DNA from: Minisyncoccia bacterium
Lineage (GTDB): Bacteria > Patescibacteriota > Minisyncoccia > Phycocordibacterales > Zambryskibacteraceae
Assembly (NCBI GenBank): GCA_041742965.1
Contig: JBGTNQ010000004.1
Location: 716 to 64,715 of the forward strand
Direction: 5' to 3'
Length of the DNA stretch: 64,000 bases
This document shows positions 29,090-40,430 of the stretch, piece after piece; the stretch's first letter is position 1; each line of letters starts with the position of its first letter. The position numbers and the translations under genes are program-made. The notes under the pieces are model-generated. The model did not search any database. It was not told the DNA's origin and was given only the letters and a program-made list of their open reading frames with translations.

Positions 29090-29461
29090 TTACATCAGCT
29101 TTACATCAATATTCACCCCTGAAGGCAAGCTCAGGTTCGTCAAAGACTCAATGAGCTTGGGGGTTGGATTCACGATATCTATGAGCCTCTTGTGGATTCT
29201 CATTTCAAACTGCTCTCGTGCATTTTTGTACACAAAAGATGCCCGATTAACTGTATATTTCTTTATCTCAGTAGGTAGAGGTATCGGACCCAAAACTTCT
29301 GCATCATATCGAATAGCAGTATCCATAATCTGCTTAACTGAAACATCTAGAATCTTGTACTCATATGCGCGCACACGAATACGCAAACGAGAAATAGCTC
29401 CCTCTTTGGGTACACGAGCTTTCTTTGGAGCGCTCTTTTTTGTTGCAGTTTCTTTTGCCAT
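29090..29461 (-). CDS. rpsJ: 30S ribosomal protein uS10
   Basis: GPIPLPT, REQFEMRIHKRLIDI. Confidence 0.97.
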   Translation of the reverse strand: MAKETATKKSAPKKARVPKEGAISRLRIRVRAYEYKILDVSVKQIMDTAIRYDAEVLGPIPLPTEIKKYTVNRASFVYKNAREQFEMRIHKRLIDIVNPTPKLIESLTNLSLPSGVNIDVKLM

Positions 29462-29514
29462 TTTGGTGATTTGCTAATGCGTGTGAAAGTACTTCTTAGA
29501 AAACAGATTTCCTA

Positions 29515-30711
29515 TTAAGCGGTAATTTTTGTTACCACACCTGCTCCAACAGTTTTTCCACCTTCACGAATAGCGAAACGAGTCTGATCTTCAAGTGCAA
29601 TAGGAGCAACCAACTTTACTTTGAAAGTAACAGTGTCTCCGGGCATAACCATTTCCACACCTTCAGCTAGAGTCACTTCTCCAGTAACATCAGTTGTTCG
29701 GATATAGAACTGAGGCTTATAACCAGAGAAGAATGGAGTGTGACGACCACCTTCTTCTTTTTTCAAGATATAAACTTCTGATTCAAATTCAGTATGAGGA
29801 GTAACAGAGCCTGGTTTTGCAAGCACCTGTCCTCTGGTGATATCTTCTTTCTTAAGACCTCGAACCAAAATACCAGCGTTGTCTCCAGCCATTCCAGAAT
29901 CAAGAGACTTGTTGAACATCTCAATACCAGTAACAACTGTCTTTTGTGTGTCTTTCAAACCAACAACCTCCACTTCTTCTCCTACTTTAACAGTTCCGCG
30001 TTCAATTCTTCCTGTTACAACAGTTCCTCGTCCTTCAATAGAGAAGATGTCTTCTACTGGCATAAGGAAAGGTTTTGTAACATCACGCTCTGGAACAGGA
30101 ATGAAGGTATCTAGAGTGTTAGCAAGTTCAAGTATCTTTTGCGCCCATTCATCACTGTTATCTTTTGCTTCGAGACCCTTAAGTCCTGAGCCTCGAATAA
30201 CTGGAGTGTTTGCACCATCAAAACCTTGTTTTGTAAGAAGTTCTCGAACCTCTTCTTCCACTAGGTCAATAAGTTCCTTATCAGGCACCATGTCACACTT
30301 GTTTAGGAAAATAATCAACTTTCTAACACCAACCTGCCATGCTAGGAGAACGTGTTCACGGGTTTGTGGCATCACACCATCAGTAGCTGCGACCACGAGG
30401 ATAGCGCCGTCCATTTGAGCGGCACCAGTAATCATGTTCTTTATGTAGTCAGCGTGACCAGGGGCGTCAATGTGGGCATAGTGTCTTGCTGGAGTTTCGT
30501 ATTCGTTGTGAGAAAGGGCAATAGTAATACCGCGTGCCTTTTCTTCAGGAGCTTTGTCAATACCATCAACACCAACGAGCTTGGCGCTATAACCTTCACC
30601 TTGTCGTGCCAATACAGCAAGAATAGCCGCTGTAAGAGTGGTCTTACCGTGGTCAACGTGACCAATTGTACCGACATTGACGTGAGGCTTACTTCGATCA
30701 AAAGTTGTCAT
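29515..30711 (-). CDS. tuf: elongation factor Tu
   Basis: [26 protein letters not shown]. Confidence 0.99.
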   Translation of the reverse strand: MTTFDRSKPHVNVGTIGHVDHGKTTLTAAILAVLARQGEGYSAKLVGVDGIDKAPEEKARGITIALSHNEYETPARHYAHIDAPGHADYIKNMITGAAQMDGAILVVAATDGVMPQTREHVLLAWQVGVRKLIIFLNKCDMVPDKELIDLVEEEVRELLTKQGFDGANTPVIRGSGLKGLEAKDNSDEWAQKILELANTLDTFIPVPERDVTKPFLMPVEDIFSIEGRGTVVTGRIERGTVKVGEEVEVVGLKDTQKTVVTGIEMFNKSLDSGMAGDNAGILVRGLKKEDITRGQVLAKPGSVTPHTEFESEVYILKKEEGGRHTPFFSGYKPQFYIRTTDVTGEVTLAEGVEMVMPGDTVTFKVKLVAPIALEDQTRFAIREGGKTVGAGVVTKITA

Positions 30712-30929
30712 AATTTTTTAAAGACTTACTAAAAATAATAAATAAAAATAAAAAAACAGAATCGCCCACCAGCCCAAAGCCGGTAAAACGCGTAGGAGAT
30801 ATGATAACAAAACGGAAGAAATAGTCAAATATTTAAACGGAAAGATGGCGTCTCTAGACAAACTTTCAGACAATAACAAAGGGGCGATCTGTCGATCGCC
30901 CCTCTTCCCAAGGGGAGGGCTTGGGTAAC

Positions 30930-33083
30930 CTACTTTCTGGCTTCTATAATACCCGTAGCAACATTTGGGGGCACGATAGCGTAGTGGTCGAATTCCATAG
31001 TGGAAGAACCCCTGCCTTCAGTCATTGAGCGGAGAGAGGTTACATATCCAAACATTTCAGAAAGAGGCACCTTGGCAGAGATGACCTTGAGCTCTCCGCG
31101 ATCTTCCATTCCTTCTACTTGCCCGCGTTTTCCAGAAAGATTTCCAGTAACATCACCCATGAATTTTTCTGGCACAACCACTTCCACTTTCATTATCGGT
31201 TCAAGTATAACTGGTTTTGCTTTTCTGGCTGCCTCTTGAAAGGCTTGTGAAGCAGCGATCTTGTATGCGATTTCAGATGAGTCAACATCATGATAACTTC
31301 CGAATGTAAGTTCGCAAGATATGTCAGTCATTTTAAATCCGGCCACAACTCCCCTGTCCATAGATTCTCTAACACCTTTTTCAACTGCAGGAATAAATTC
31401 CTGAGGAATCACACCTCCTTTAATAGAGTCGATGAATTCAAATCCCGGTTCTCGGTGAGCGTTCTTTGGTACTTTTTCTTCAGGGTCATATTGAGGAAGA
31501 GGTTTGATGGTGATTTTCACATGTCCATACTGACCCTTTCCTCCGGTTTGTTTAATATATTTGTTTTCTACTTCAGCTTCTGAAGTAATAGTCTCCTTGT
31601 AAGCCACTTGCGGTTTACCGACATTAGCTTCTACAGAAAACTCTCTTTTCATACGATCAACGAGAATTTCAAGGTGAAGTTCACCCATACCCATGATAAC
31701 TGTTTCACCTGTATCAGAATCTGATTTTATTTTAAAAGTTGGATCTTCATCAGAAAGCCTTTTCAATGCGAGGCCCATCTTTTCTTGGTCAGCCTTTGTC
31801 TTTGGTTCAATACGAAGTGAGATAACTGGTTCTGGGAATTTAATCTGATCTAGAACAATAGGATTATTTTCATCAGAAAAGGTGTGTGATGTCTTTGCAT
31901 TTTTGAGTCCCACTGCGGCAGCAATCTCCCCAGCAAAAACCTTTTTCACTTCTTCTCTTTGGTCTGCTTGGAGGCGCACTATGCGTCCAAGCCTCTCTTT
32001 CTCACCGGTATTTGAATTATAAATATAACTTCCAGATTCTATGGTTCCAGAATAAACACGGAAGAAGGTTAGCTGGCCTACAAATGGGTCTGCTTGAAGT
32101 TTGAAAGCCAGAGCAGAAAAAGGCTCTTCGTCAGATGCTCCGCGCTCTACTTCGTCTCCAGTTCGTGGGTCAATGCCTTTAACTGGTGGGATATCTAGTG
32201 GAGATGGTAGGTAATCGACAACACCGTCGAGAATAATTTGAACACCTTTGTTTTTCAAAGCTGAACCAGCATATACGGGGAAAATTTCGTTAGAAATAAC
32301 CGCCTTACGAAGTGTCTTTTTCAAATCTTCAAAAGAAGCCTCTTTACCCTCCAAGTAAGCGTTCATAAGGGTTTCATCATGTTCAACTATTTTCTCAACG
32401 AGTTCTGCATGATATTTTTCTGCATCAGCTTTGAGTTCTTCTGGTATGTCTTTCTCTACAACCTGGCTACCCATGTTGCCTTCAAAGTAATATGCTTTCA
32501 TTTTTAATAGATCTACAACTCCATCATGTTTATCTTCTTCACCAATTGGAATCTGCAAACGAACAGCTTTTTTAGAAAGCCTGTCTAAAATAGATTTATA
32601 TGAGCGTTCAAAAGAGGCACCTGTCCTGTCTAGTTTGTTTATAAAACAAATACGAGGCACCTTTGCTTCCTCTGCATAGCGCCAGTTTGTCTCTGACTGC
32701 GGTTCAACTCCAGCAACTCCATCAAAAACCACAACAGCTCCATCAAGTACACGCAAAGATCTCTTCACTTCAACAGTAAAGTCAATGTGACCAGGGGTAT
32801 CGATAATATTAAAACGATATTTATTCTCCTTTTTATTTCTCTCCTCATCAGAAAGATATGTTGCTCCCCAAAAACAAGTTACGGCCGCCGCGGTGATGGT
32901 GATACCACGCTCTCTTTCTTGTTCCATCCAGTCGGTAGTGGTTTCACCTTCGTGCACCTCTCCAATCTTGTGCTGTGACCCAGTATAAAAAAGTACACGC
33001 TCTGAAGTGGTGGTCTTCCCAGCATCGATGTGGGCGATGATACCAAAATTTCTAACTCTCTCTAATGGATAATCTCTGTTCAT
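30930..33083 (-). CDS. fusA: elongation factor G
   Basis: [35 protein letters not shown]. Confidence 0.99.
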   Translation of the reverse strand: MNRDYPLERVRNFGIIAHIDAGKTTTSERVLFYTGSQHKIGEVHEGETTTDWMEQERERGITITAAAVTCFWGATYLSDEERNKKENKYRFNIIDTPGHIDFTVEVKRSLRVLDGAVVVFDGVAGVEPQSETNWRYAEEAKVPRICFINKLDRTGASFERSYKSILDRLSKKAVRLQIPIGEEDKHDGVVDLLKMKAYYFEGNMGSQVVEKDIPEELKADAEKYHAELVEKIVEHDETLMNAYLEGKEASFEDLKKTLRKAVISNEIFPVYAGSALKNKGVQIILDGVVDYLPSPLDIPPVKGIDPRTGDEVERGASDEEPFSALAFKLQADPFVGQLTFFRVYSGTIESGSYIYNSNTGEKERLGRIVRLQADQREEVKKVFAGEIAAAVGLKNAKTSHTFSDENNPIVLDQIKFPEPVISLRIEPKTKADQEKMGLALKRLSDEDPTFKIKSDSDTGETVIMGMGELHLEILVDRMKREFSVEANVGKPQVAYKETITSEAEVENKYIKQTGGKGQYGHVKITIKPLPQYDPEEKVPKNAHREPGFEFIDSIKGGVIPQEFIPAVEKGVRESMDRGVVAGFKMTDISCELTFGSYHDVDSSEIAYKIAASQAFQEAARKAKPVILEPIMKVEVVVPEKFMGDVTGNLSGKRGQVEGMEDRGELKVISAKVPLSEMFGYVTSLRSMTEGRGSSTMEFDHYAIVPPNVATGIIEARK

Positions 33084-33242
33084 AAATTTTTAATTTTTTA
33101 ATTTCCAATTTTCATTAAATCTTCCTACCTGCCAGCAGGCAGGCAATGATTCATTTTTGCAAACGAAATCCGAATTGTTTGAAAATTGAGAATTGGATAT
33201 TGGACATTGATTGTAAATTGAGAATTGTAAATTTAAAACCCC

Positions 33243-33713
33243 CTACCAAGCAAAGTGGGCGAAAGCCTTATTGGCCTCTGCCATCTTGTGGGTATTCTCT
33301 CTTTTCTTTACAGCCTCTCCTTCATTCTTTGAAGCCAAGACTATTTCTTCAGCAAGCCTATTTGCCATTGGTTTGCCTTTTTTTGAACGGGCAGCATCAA
33401 TAAGCCATTTCATAGAGAGAGCTAGGCGTCTTTCTGGTCGAACCTCACGAGGGATTTGGTAGTTTGCCCCTCCTACTCGACGAGAACGTACTTCCATAGT
33501 AGGTCCAGTGTTCTTGAGAGCTGTTTCAAATGTTTCAAGAAGATTGTCTTCTCCAACTTCTTTCTTTATCACTTCAAAAGCACCGTAGACAATATCTCTG
33601 GCAGTATTTTTCTTACCAGAAAGCATTACATAGTTAATGAGTTTTCCAACCTTAAGTGATTCATATACAGAATCGGCGGCGGCAATATTTCTATTTTTAA
33701 CTTTTCTTCGCAT
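33243..33713 (-). CDS. rpsG: 30S ribosomal protein uS7
   Basis: [27 protein letters not shown]. Confidence 0.98.
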   Translation of the reverse strand: MRRKVKNRNIAAADSVYESLKVGKLINYVMLSGKKNTARDIVYGAFEVIKKEVGEDNLLETFETALKNTGPTMEVRSRRVGGANYQIPREVRPERRLALSMKWLIDAARSKKGKPMANRLAEEIVLASKNEGEAVKKRENTHKMAEANKAFAHFAW

Positions 33714-33736
33714 TATAAATTAGATTCTATTTTAGA

Positions 33737-34150
33737 TTAGCTTTTCTTAGGTTTCTTCATTCCATATTGACTGCGACCCTTGCGACGAGTTTCTACTCCA
33801 GTAGCATCAAGAACCCCACGAACCACAGAATATCTTAGTCCAACATCTTTTACACGGCCCCCCTTTAGAAGGACCACTGAGTGCTCCTGTAGATTGTGCC
33901 CCATACCAGGGATATAGGCTGTAACCTCATATCCATTTGAAAGGCGGACACGAGCAATCTTTCGAATAGCAGAGTTTGGTTTCTTTGGAGTTTTTGTAGT
34001 CACCTTAGTACAAACACCACGCTTAAAAGGAGAAAAGAATGGAGATGGTCGATTTTTAATGGCATTAAAACCACGAGTAAGAGCTACCGATTTTGATTTT
34101 CGGCGAGTTATCCTTCTCCTTCGTTTAATTAATTGGTTTATTGTTGCCAT
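33737..34150 (-). CDS. rpsL: 30S ribosomal protein uS12
   Basis: [30 protein letters not shown]. Confidence 0.98.
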   Translation of the reverse strand: MATINQLIKRRRRITRRKSKSVALTRGFNAIKNRPSPFFSPFKRGVCTKVTTKTPKKPNSAIRKIARVRLSNGYEVTAYIPGMGHNLQEHSVVLLKGGRVKDVGLRYSVVRGVLDATGVETRRKGRSQYGMKKPKKS

Positions 34151-34230
34151 AAGTAAACAAAAAATGCCCTAAAAGCAGTGGGGATACTTTAATACAGAGT
34201 GCTTATTTTTGCAATAGAGATACCGATTTT

Positions 34231-34842
34231 TTAAGAAAAGCTAGTCTGACCAGTTAAAAGATAGAACAGGACACCAACTATTGGGAAAATGAATCGCCAT
34301 AAGAAGAATATGAAGGCGACAACCAAAATAATACTGTTTCTCTCTAAAAAAACCCTGACATTATTCATATGATAAGGCAAAAGAGAAAAAAGGACTTTAG
34401 AGCCGTCTAGGGGCGGGATGGGAACCATATTGAAAACAGCCAACAAAAGATTGATGAATACAATAACAGCAGAAATGCTCAGGAATGCAGGAGACAGAGC
34501 AGACTGGCCAAAGCGTATTAACAGACCAAATATAATGGCGATTAGAATATTTGAAAGTGGCCCAGCTAGAGCAACAATCGCCTCTCCCCAACGCTGATTC
34601 CTTAGATTATATGGATTATATGGAACAGGCTTGGCCCAACCTATAATGAAACCTCCAACTTGGTAAGTAAAAAATGGAACCAAAAAAGAGCCGATGAAAT
34701 CTAAGTGACTAAGGGGGTTTAATGTCAGACGACCTTGATACTCTGCTGTGCGATCTCCTAAAAGTCTCGCGGCATAACCATGAGAAACCTCGTGGATTAC
34801 CACTGACATAATGAGTATTAATATTTGAAAAGCGAAATCCAT
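34231..34842 (-). CDS. site-2 protease (peptidase M50) family protein
   Basis: HEVSH, GRLTLNP, NMVPIPPLDG. Confidence 0.92.
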   Translation of the reverse strand: MDFAFQILILIMSVVIHEVSHGYAARLLGDRTAEYQGRLTLNPLSHLDFIGSFLVPFFTYQVGGFIIGWAKPVPYNPYNLRNQRWGEAIVALAGPLSNILIAIIFGLLIRFGQSALSPAFLSISAVIVFINLLLAVFNMVPIPPLDGSKVLFSLLPYHMNNVRVFLERNSIILVVAFIFFLWRFIFPIVGVLFYLLTGQTSFS

Positions 34843-34912
34843 ATTTATTACCTAGAGTGCGATTATACCAGAGCTTGTATTTTTTTGCCTTTTATTGTAA
34901 CTTATATGTCCT

Positions 34913-35155
34913 ATGGCAAAAGTTTGTGCAGTCACAAAAAAAAGTTCTCTAATGGGTGCTGGATACAGCAACCGGACTCGTGCTACCCAATTTAACCCAA
35001 CCGGAAAGGTGCGTAAATATGCCAACCTCCAAAAAAAGAGGATATATATCCCAGAACTCAAAAAGACCATGGTGCTTACACTCTCCGCTCGTGGCATCAA
35101 GACTATAAATAAGAATGGGGCCTATAAAACCCTCAAAAAAGCTGGTGTAATATAA
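34913..35155 (+). CDS. rpmB: 50S ribosomal protein bL28
   Basis: MAKVCAVTKK...ANLQKKRIY...LSARGIKT. Confidence 0.9.
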   Translation: MAKVCAVTKKSSLMGAGYSNRTRATQFNPTGKVRKYANLQKKRIYIPELKKTMVLTLSARGIKTINKNGAYKTLKKAGVI

Positions 35156-35241
35156 AAATCCTCGAGTAAAACTCGAGGATTTTTATATTCTCTCAATTTT
35201 CTGCTAGAGTTGTATGAGAATGCCCTTTCAAGGAGAATCTC

Positions 35242-35571
35242 GTGGATACTCTAACAGGAACCACAGCAACCACCGACTCGAAATTTCAAGAGTTGGAATT
35301 CCCAGTACCCAAACACCTGTGCCCATCATGCCTGATGACGGTATCACCTGTCGTAAGTAGTGATGAATACAAGAAGGCACTACCCAACATGCTTTGCTAC
35401 AGGCCATGCCCGACAGCGCAAGACTTGTACGGAGCAATAATGAAAGTGCCTGGAATACTTTTGTACAGGTTCCAATGCGGAACCCTCTTCGTGACTTGTG
35501 ACAATACGCACAATCACGAAGAAATTCGTCGGGAAATTCTCCAAATCATAAACCGCCCAGTAGGTGATTAG
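35242..35571 (+). CDS. orphan Cys-rich hypothetical protein (cassette)
   Basis: AAGGAG SD before GTG; CPSC and other Cys; terminator 35551-35586. Confidence 0.55.
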   Translation: MDTLTGTTATTDSKFQELEFPVPKHLCPSCLMTVSPVVSSDEYKKALPNMLCYRPCPTAQDLYGAIMKVPGILLYRFQCGTLFVTCDNTHNHEEIRREILQIINRPVGD

Positions 35572-35594
35572 CCTGCGGGCGGTTTTATGTTTCC

Positions 35595-36452
35595 TTATTT
35601 AACTTTGATATTTGTTCCGTCTGAATGAAAAGTAATATTCCCCTCTTTTGCTGTTTCAAAAATCTTTACATCAAAATTTTTTAATCTCTCTACTACATCT
35701 ATATGAGGATGGCCATAAGAATTATCTTTGCCAGCGGATATAACCCCGTACTTTGGAGAAACGGCGGACAAAAAAATATCACTGGTTGAAGTTTTTGAAC
35801 CATGGTGGCCAACCTTTAGAACTTCGCAATTTAAACTGTTCCCCAAAATACTAACGATGTAATTTTCCATCTTTTCTGGAGCATCACCAGTTAACATAAA
35901 ACAAGTATCGCCATATACATAACGAGCGATAATGGAAGCATCGTTTGTATTTAAAGAAGAAACATCTCTATCCGGAAAAAGGATTTCCAGATAAGATCCG
36001 TCCATCAAATCAACTATCATTCCCTTGTGAGCAATCAAAGTTTTGACATCTTTTTCGGTTAAAAGCCTGTCTATCTCATCATCAAAAGAATTTGGAGACT
36101 CTGCCCCCGGTTCAATAAAAACCCCCACCCTATACCTGTTTATCAAGTGTGGGAAACCTGCAATATGGTCTTTGTCCGGATGCGTGGCGACCAGAACATC
36201 TACAAATTTATCGAAAAAAGAAATTTCTTTTGATATTTGCCTCAAAATAGATTTACTTGGACCAGCATCAATGATGATTTGATTCCCAGTTCTGCCAGTT
36301 ATGAGCAAGCTATCTCCCTGACCGACGTCTAGAAAAGACACAGAAACATAGTCCTTTGGCCTCTCATAGAATACCGCCGTCCAAATGGCAACATTGATAA
36401 TAACCAAGAATAAAAGTCCTAAAGACTGATAGTTTTTCTTGATTTGTCCCAT
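35595..36452 (-). CDS. ComEC/Rec2-type metallo-beta-lactamase domain protein (C-terminal half of split ComEC)
   Basis: FLDVGQGDS, THPDKDHIAG, LTGD, KVGHHGSKTS, NSYGHPH; start moved to ATG 36452. Confidence 0.9.
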   Translation of the reverse strand: MGQIKKNYQSLGLLFLVIINVAIWTAVFYERPKDYVSVSFLDVGQGDSLLITGRTGNQIIIDAGPSKSILRQISKEISFFDKFVDVLVATHPDKDHIAGFPHLINRYRVGVFIEPGAESPNSFDDEIDRLLTEKDVKTLIAHKGMIVDLMDGSYLEILFPDRDVSSLNTNDASIIARYVYGDTCFMLTGDAPEKMENYIVSILGNSLNCEVLKVGHHGSKTSTSDIFLSAVSPKYGVISAGKDNSYGHPHIDVVERLKNFDVKIFETAKEGNITFHSDGTNIKVK

Positions 36453-36518
36453 ATTTTTATTATAACCCCAGCAAATGATATAATTAAAAAGCGACAACTT
36501 ACTATTTAAGCCAATACA

Positions 36519-37109
36519 ATGACCCAATTTCAAGAACAAAAATTTAATATTCCAAAGCTCATTGGAATTTCGGAAAAAAACATTGAAGAACACTTGAAGC
36601 TTTACTCTGGATATGTGAAAAATGCCAACACTATTCTTGAAAAGATAGACGAATACAAAACAGATAGTGAAAAACATGCTTATGCACTAGGAGAACTTGG
36701 CCGAAGATTTGCATTTGAATTTGATGGTATGAGAAATCACGAATACTATTTCCATTCACTTGAAGGTGGGGCGACGCCACTTTCAAATGGAGCTCTAAAA
36801 GAAAAAATTGAAGAAACTTGGGACTCACTTGATAATTTCCTGACAATGTTCAAGGCTCTCGCCCTGACGCGCGGTGTAGGATGGGCATGGCTCTATTATG
36901 ACAAACACACCGACAGACTCTTAACACAGTGGAGTGATGAGCAACATTTAGGCCACCTCGTTGGCTGTACACCAATCCTCGGTATTGATGTTTGGGAACA
37001 TGCATTTGTCTCCGACTATCAACCTTCTGGTAAAAAACAATATGTGGAAGACTTTTTATCCAATCTAAACTGGTCCGTTATAGAGGAAAACTACAATCAA
37101 TCGAAGTAA
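36519..37109 (+). CDS. sod: Fe/Mn superoxide dismutase
   Basis: EEHLKLY, NHEYYF, GVGWAWL, DVWEHA. Confidence 0.92.
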   Translation: MTQFQEQKFNIPKLIGISEKNIEEHLKLYSGYVKNANTILEKIDEYKTDSEKHAYALGELGRRFAFEFDGMRNHEYYFHSLEGGATPLSNGALKEKIEETWDSLDNFLTMFKALALTRGVGWAWLYYDKHTDRLLTQWSDEQHLGHLVGCTPILGIDVWEHAFVSDYQPSGKKQYVEDFLSNLNWSVIEENYNQSK

Positions 37110-37138
37110 AGGAAACCCCATGATACAATCTCTCTTTT

Positions 37139-38944
37139 ATGGGAAAAGTTAGGATCTTCATAAATAATATTTTTCGATCACTGAAACTCACTGTGAGTTT
37201 TTCTCCAAAAGTGAGTGTTGCTTTGTTTTTGGTAACAATGGCGGTCAGTTTGTCCCCCATATTTCAAGCAAAAGTCCTTGGAAACATTGTTGACGGCATA
37301 ATACTTGCCCTTTCTACCAACCAGTCAATCCAAACAGTGATGGCTCTTGTCTTTGGTTACGCCGCTATTTGGGGAGGTACTAGAATAGCCAACTCATTAC
37401 AATTATTACTGAATAAAATATGGAGTCTAGAAAACGGGGACGCGCTAGACCTTCTTTTCTTGAAAAAAAGGGCCGAGATTGATTTAGCTCATTATGAAAA
37501 CCCAAAATTCCAAAACCTTATGTTGCGTGCATTTAACAGGGGAACTTGGCCACTTTTTGAAATGGCAGACATGCAACCTCAAATCTTTGCGAACATATCT
37601 GTTATTTTGGTATCTTCTTTGTTCGCCTCATCTATCAACCCTTATATTTATATAATTATCATCCTATCCTCATTGCCAAGCTTTATCGTACAGTTTGTAT
37701 ACGGATCTAAGGTGTGGGGTATTTGGGGCGAACACAGTGAAAGACAAAGAAAGTACTCTTCACTTCGCTATCACATCATAAACAGAACTGGTGTAACTCA
37801 ATTAAAACTTCTTCAGAATGCAAAAGGTGTCCTAAGTATCATAGAGAAAATTCTTTCAGACTTTAAAAACGACCAACTCAAGACGGATAGAAAACGATTC
37901 TTTGCCACTGCTATATCAAGTCTTATCTCCGCTATAGGATTTGGAATAGCGATGATCATAATAGCTCGGCAGGTTCTAGATAATAACGAAGTTGGAACAC
38001 TGGTATTCATAGTAGGAACATTGGCGGCTTTGGTGGGTGCCATAAACCAACTTTTGGCACAAGTTGCAACCCTTCTTGAAAAAAACCTATATGTTACCGA
38101 TATCTTCCAAGTGCTAGACACAGAACCATTTATCAAGAAAACCCTAAACCCTATTAGGCTTGATCTGACAAAGGCCCCTAGTATTGAATTTAGAAATGTA
38201 AGCTTCAAATATGACGGGCGAGATGATTGGATTCTCCGAAATATAAATATAACCATAAAGTCAGGAGAAAAAATTGCTCTTGTGGGCTCAAACGGAGCTG
38301 GTAAAACCACTTTAATAAAACTTCTCTCTCGTATATACGACCCAACAGAAGGAGATATATTTATAAACGAAATCAATCTCAAAGATATAGATCCCGCTGA
38401 ATGGAGCTCTTATCTTTCAGTGCTTCTCCAGGATTACCTGAACTACGACCTGACTGTCAGGGAATCCATAGGTATGGGAAGAATTGAATCTGAATCAGAT
38501 GAAAAGACAGTAAGAGAGGCTGCTGTTTGGAGTGGGGCAAGTGAGTTCATAGAAACATGGGAGAAAAAATATGACCAACAACTAGGAAAAGAATTTGACA
38601 GCGGTATTGAACCATCAAAAGGCCAGCAACAGAAGATTGCTCTTGCCCGCACACTTTTTCGTAATGGACTCGTTGTTATACTTGACGAACCTACAGCCGC
38701 CATTGACGCACTGTCAGAAATGGAAATATTTGAAGCCATGGAAGACGCGGTCCGTGGCAACACCCTGATACTCATAACTCACAGATTTAATACCACACAG
38801 AGTGTAGACAGAATAGTTGTCATAGAACACGGAGAGATTCAGGAAGCAGGCTCACACAAAGAACTTATGGCCAAAAAAGGTATTTATAAAAACATGTTCG
38901 AAAGCCAAGCTAAAAGTTTTAAAAATACTGAAGAGCAACAATAA
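37139..38944 (+). CDS. ABC exporter, fused permease/ATPase
   Basis: About 6 TMs; GSNGAGKT, ILDEPT, ITHR; signature degenerate (PSKGQ). Confidence 0.92.
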   Translation: MGKVRIFINNIFRSLKLTVSFSPKVSVALFLVTMAVSLSPIFQAKVLGNIVDGIILALSTNQSIQTVMALVFGYAAIWGGTRIANSLQLLLNKIWSLENGDALDLLFLKKRAEIDLAHYENPKFQNLMLRAFNRGTWPLFEMADMQPQIFANISVILVSSLFASSINPYIYIIIILSSLPSFIVQFVYGSKVWGIWGEHSERQRKYSSLRYHIINRTGVTQLKLLQNAKGVLSIIEKILSDFKNDQLKTDRKRFFATAISSLISAIGFGIAMIIIARQVLDNNEVGTLVFIVGTLAALVGAINQLLAQVATLLEKNLYVTDIFQVLDTEPFIKKTLNPIRLDLTKAPSIEFRNVSFKYDGRDDWILRNINITIKSGEKIALVGSNGAGKTTLIKLLSRIYDPTEGDIFINEINLKDIDPAEWSSYLSVLLQDYLNYDLTVRESIGMGRIESESDEKTVREAAVWSGASEFIETWEKKYDQQLGKEFDSGIEPSKGQQQKIALARTLFRNGLVVILDEPTAAIDALSEMEIFEAMEDAVRGNTLILITHRFNTTQSVDRIVVIEHGEIQEAGSHKELMAKKGIYKNMFESQAKSFKNTEEQQ

Positions 38945-38945
38945 T

Positions 38946-40430
38946 CTAACTAACAGACTTTGTGTTAATTTTTTGATACAAGAAAAATAGAAGACAACTG
39001 AGGTACAGAAACACCAATAATCCGACGGGAACGGCGCCGAAAGACAGAGCGCTTAGTGGTAAATTGGCGAAAAAAGTAGATACAAAAACAATATAAGCGA
39101 GGAACAAATATGATATGAATCCCGGAATTATAGCTAGAGCTCCAGAGATTAAACTTAAAATTCCCGTGACGAACCCCAGAAACATAACTAGAGGAACGAT
39201 GGGCAAAACAATTAAATTTACAATAAACCCCGATATTGAAACTGTTCCTATAGCGTAAAGCAAGAGTGGTAAAACAAAAAGCTGGGTAGACAAGGTGGCA
39301 GAAGCAATATCTCGCAGACCAAACTTCTCTGGTATCAGAGAAAACCTCTTTTCAAAAATGGGAGCTATCCAAATAATAGCGACAGTGGCTAGGAAAGAAA
39401 GTTGGAAACCTAAATCAAAAGCCAGCACAAAAGGGTTCCATAAAACCATCACAAACAGAGCAATCAAAAGTGAGCGAGATACAGCATATGTTCTGTGAGT
39501 AAAACGCGCCACAAGAACCAATAGGGCCATTAGAGATGCTCTCACCACAGAAGGTCCCGCACCAACCATAATTGCAAACAACACTATCCCCAAAGCACTA
39601 AAAACAAGGGCTCTTTTACGAGACAAAAAAGAAAGTGTCTTCATCACCGCTTCTGCTACGAGGGTGATGTTGTAACCAGAAAGAACGATGATATGAATAA
39701 TGCCCACAATCCTGAAAGCATCTAAAAGGTCGTCCCCCAGAGATTCTTCACTACCCAAGAGAATGCCAGCGAGTAAGGATGATTCTGGATCTGGTATTGC
39801 CCTTTCTATCGCCCCAATGAAAACATTTTTGCCAGTGAAAAGCGCCCTGCGTAAAGAAAAAGCGGATTGGCCAGCCTTGTCAGTAGTAGCGAAAGATAGA
39901 ATAAAATGTACACCCTCTTTCCTCAAATATTTTTCATAATCAAAAACTCTGCCACCCTCTGTCTCAAATGGTTCTGGGCGATTGAGTGTTCCGCGAACAA
40001 TAAGCTTGTCACCATAGAAAAACTCTGGAAACATATCCGCCCTCACAAGCATTCTTTCACCGGAATTTGTCTCCACTAAATATTCTCTATAAGACGCCCT
40101 CTCCCTGGGCTCTTTGACAACTTTGCCAACAACAGAGATCTTTTCACCAGAAAGTTCAACCAAAATTTGGTTGATTGGTTTATCTACCGATATGAAACGC
40201 AATACACCAAACCCATAACAAAGTAAAAAAATAGATGCTAAAAAAAATATTTCTCGAAAATATTTATCAGGAATAGAGCGCCAAGAATACAATAGTGTCA
40301 GAACCCCGAGGAAGACTGCGAACACTCCGAAGGGTATTGAAGCAAAGCCAAACGAGGCACACCAAACGCCGACACAAAATCCGATAACAAAAGAAAATAT
40401 CCAAAATCTCTTTAATGGATTTTCTTCCAT
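38946..40430 (-). CDS. comEC: ComEC/Rec2 DNA-uptake channel (DUF4131 plus Competence domain)
   Basis: GIIHIIVLSGYN, SVVRASLM, GFQLSFLAT, multiple TMs. Confidence 0.92.
   Translation of the reverse strand: MEENPLKRFWIFSFVIGFCVGVWCASFGFASIPFGVFAVFLGVLTLLYSWRSIPDKYFREIFFLASIFLLCYGFGVLRFISVDKPINQILVELSGEKISVVGKVVKEPRERASYREYLVETNSGERMLVRADMFPEFFYGDKLIVRGTLNRPEPFETEGGRVFDYEKYLRKEGVHFILSFATTDKAGQSAFSLRRALFTGKNVFIGAIERAIPDPESSLLAGILLGSEESLGDDLLDAFRIVGIIHIIVLSGYNITLVAEAVMKTLSFLSRKRALVFSALGIVLFAIMVGAGPSVVRASLMALLVLVARFTHRTYAVSRSLLIALFVMVLWNPFVLAFDLGFQLSFLATVAIIWIAPIFEKRFSLIPEKFGLRDIASATLSTQLFVLPLLLYAIGTVSISGFIVNLIVLPIVPLVMFLGFVTGILSLISGALAIIPGFISYLFLAYIVFVSTFFANLPLSALSFGAVPVGLLVFLYLSCLLFFLYQKINTKSVS

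Noticed and set aside
26363-31583. Long antisense ORFs over rplB, tuf and fusA (and similar ones over recG, ftsH and the ABC gene)
   Set aside because: Shadow ORFs of highly conserved genes, with no motifs or expression signals.
36453-36677. N-terminal extension of the ComEC MBL ORF overlapping sod
   Set aside because: Antisense read-through; ATG 36452 has a -10 element and a TM start.
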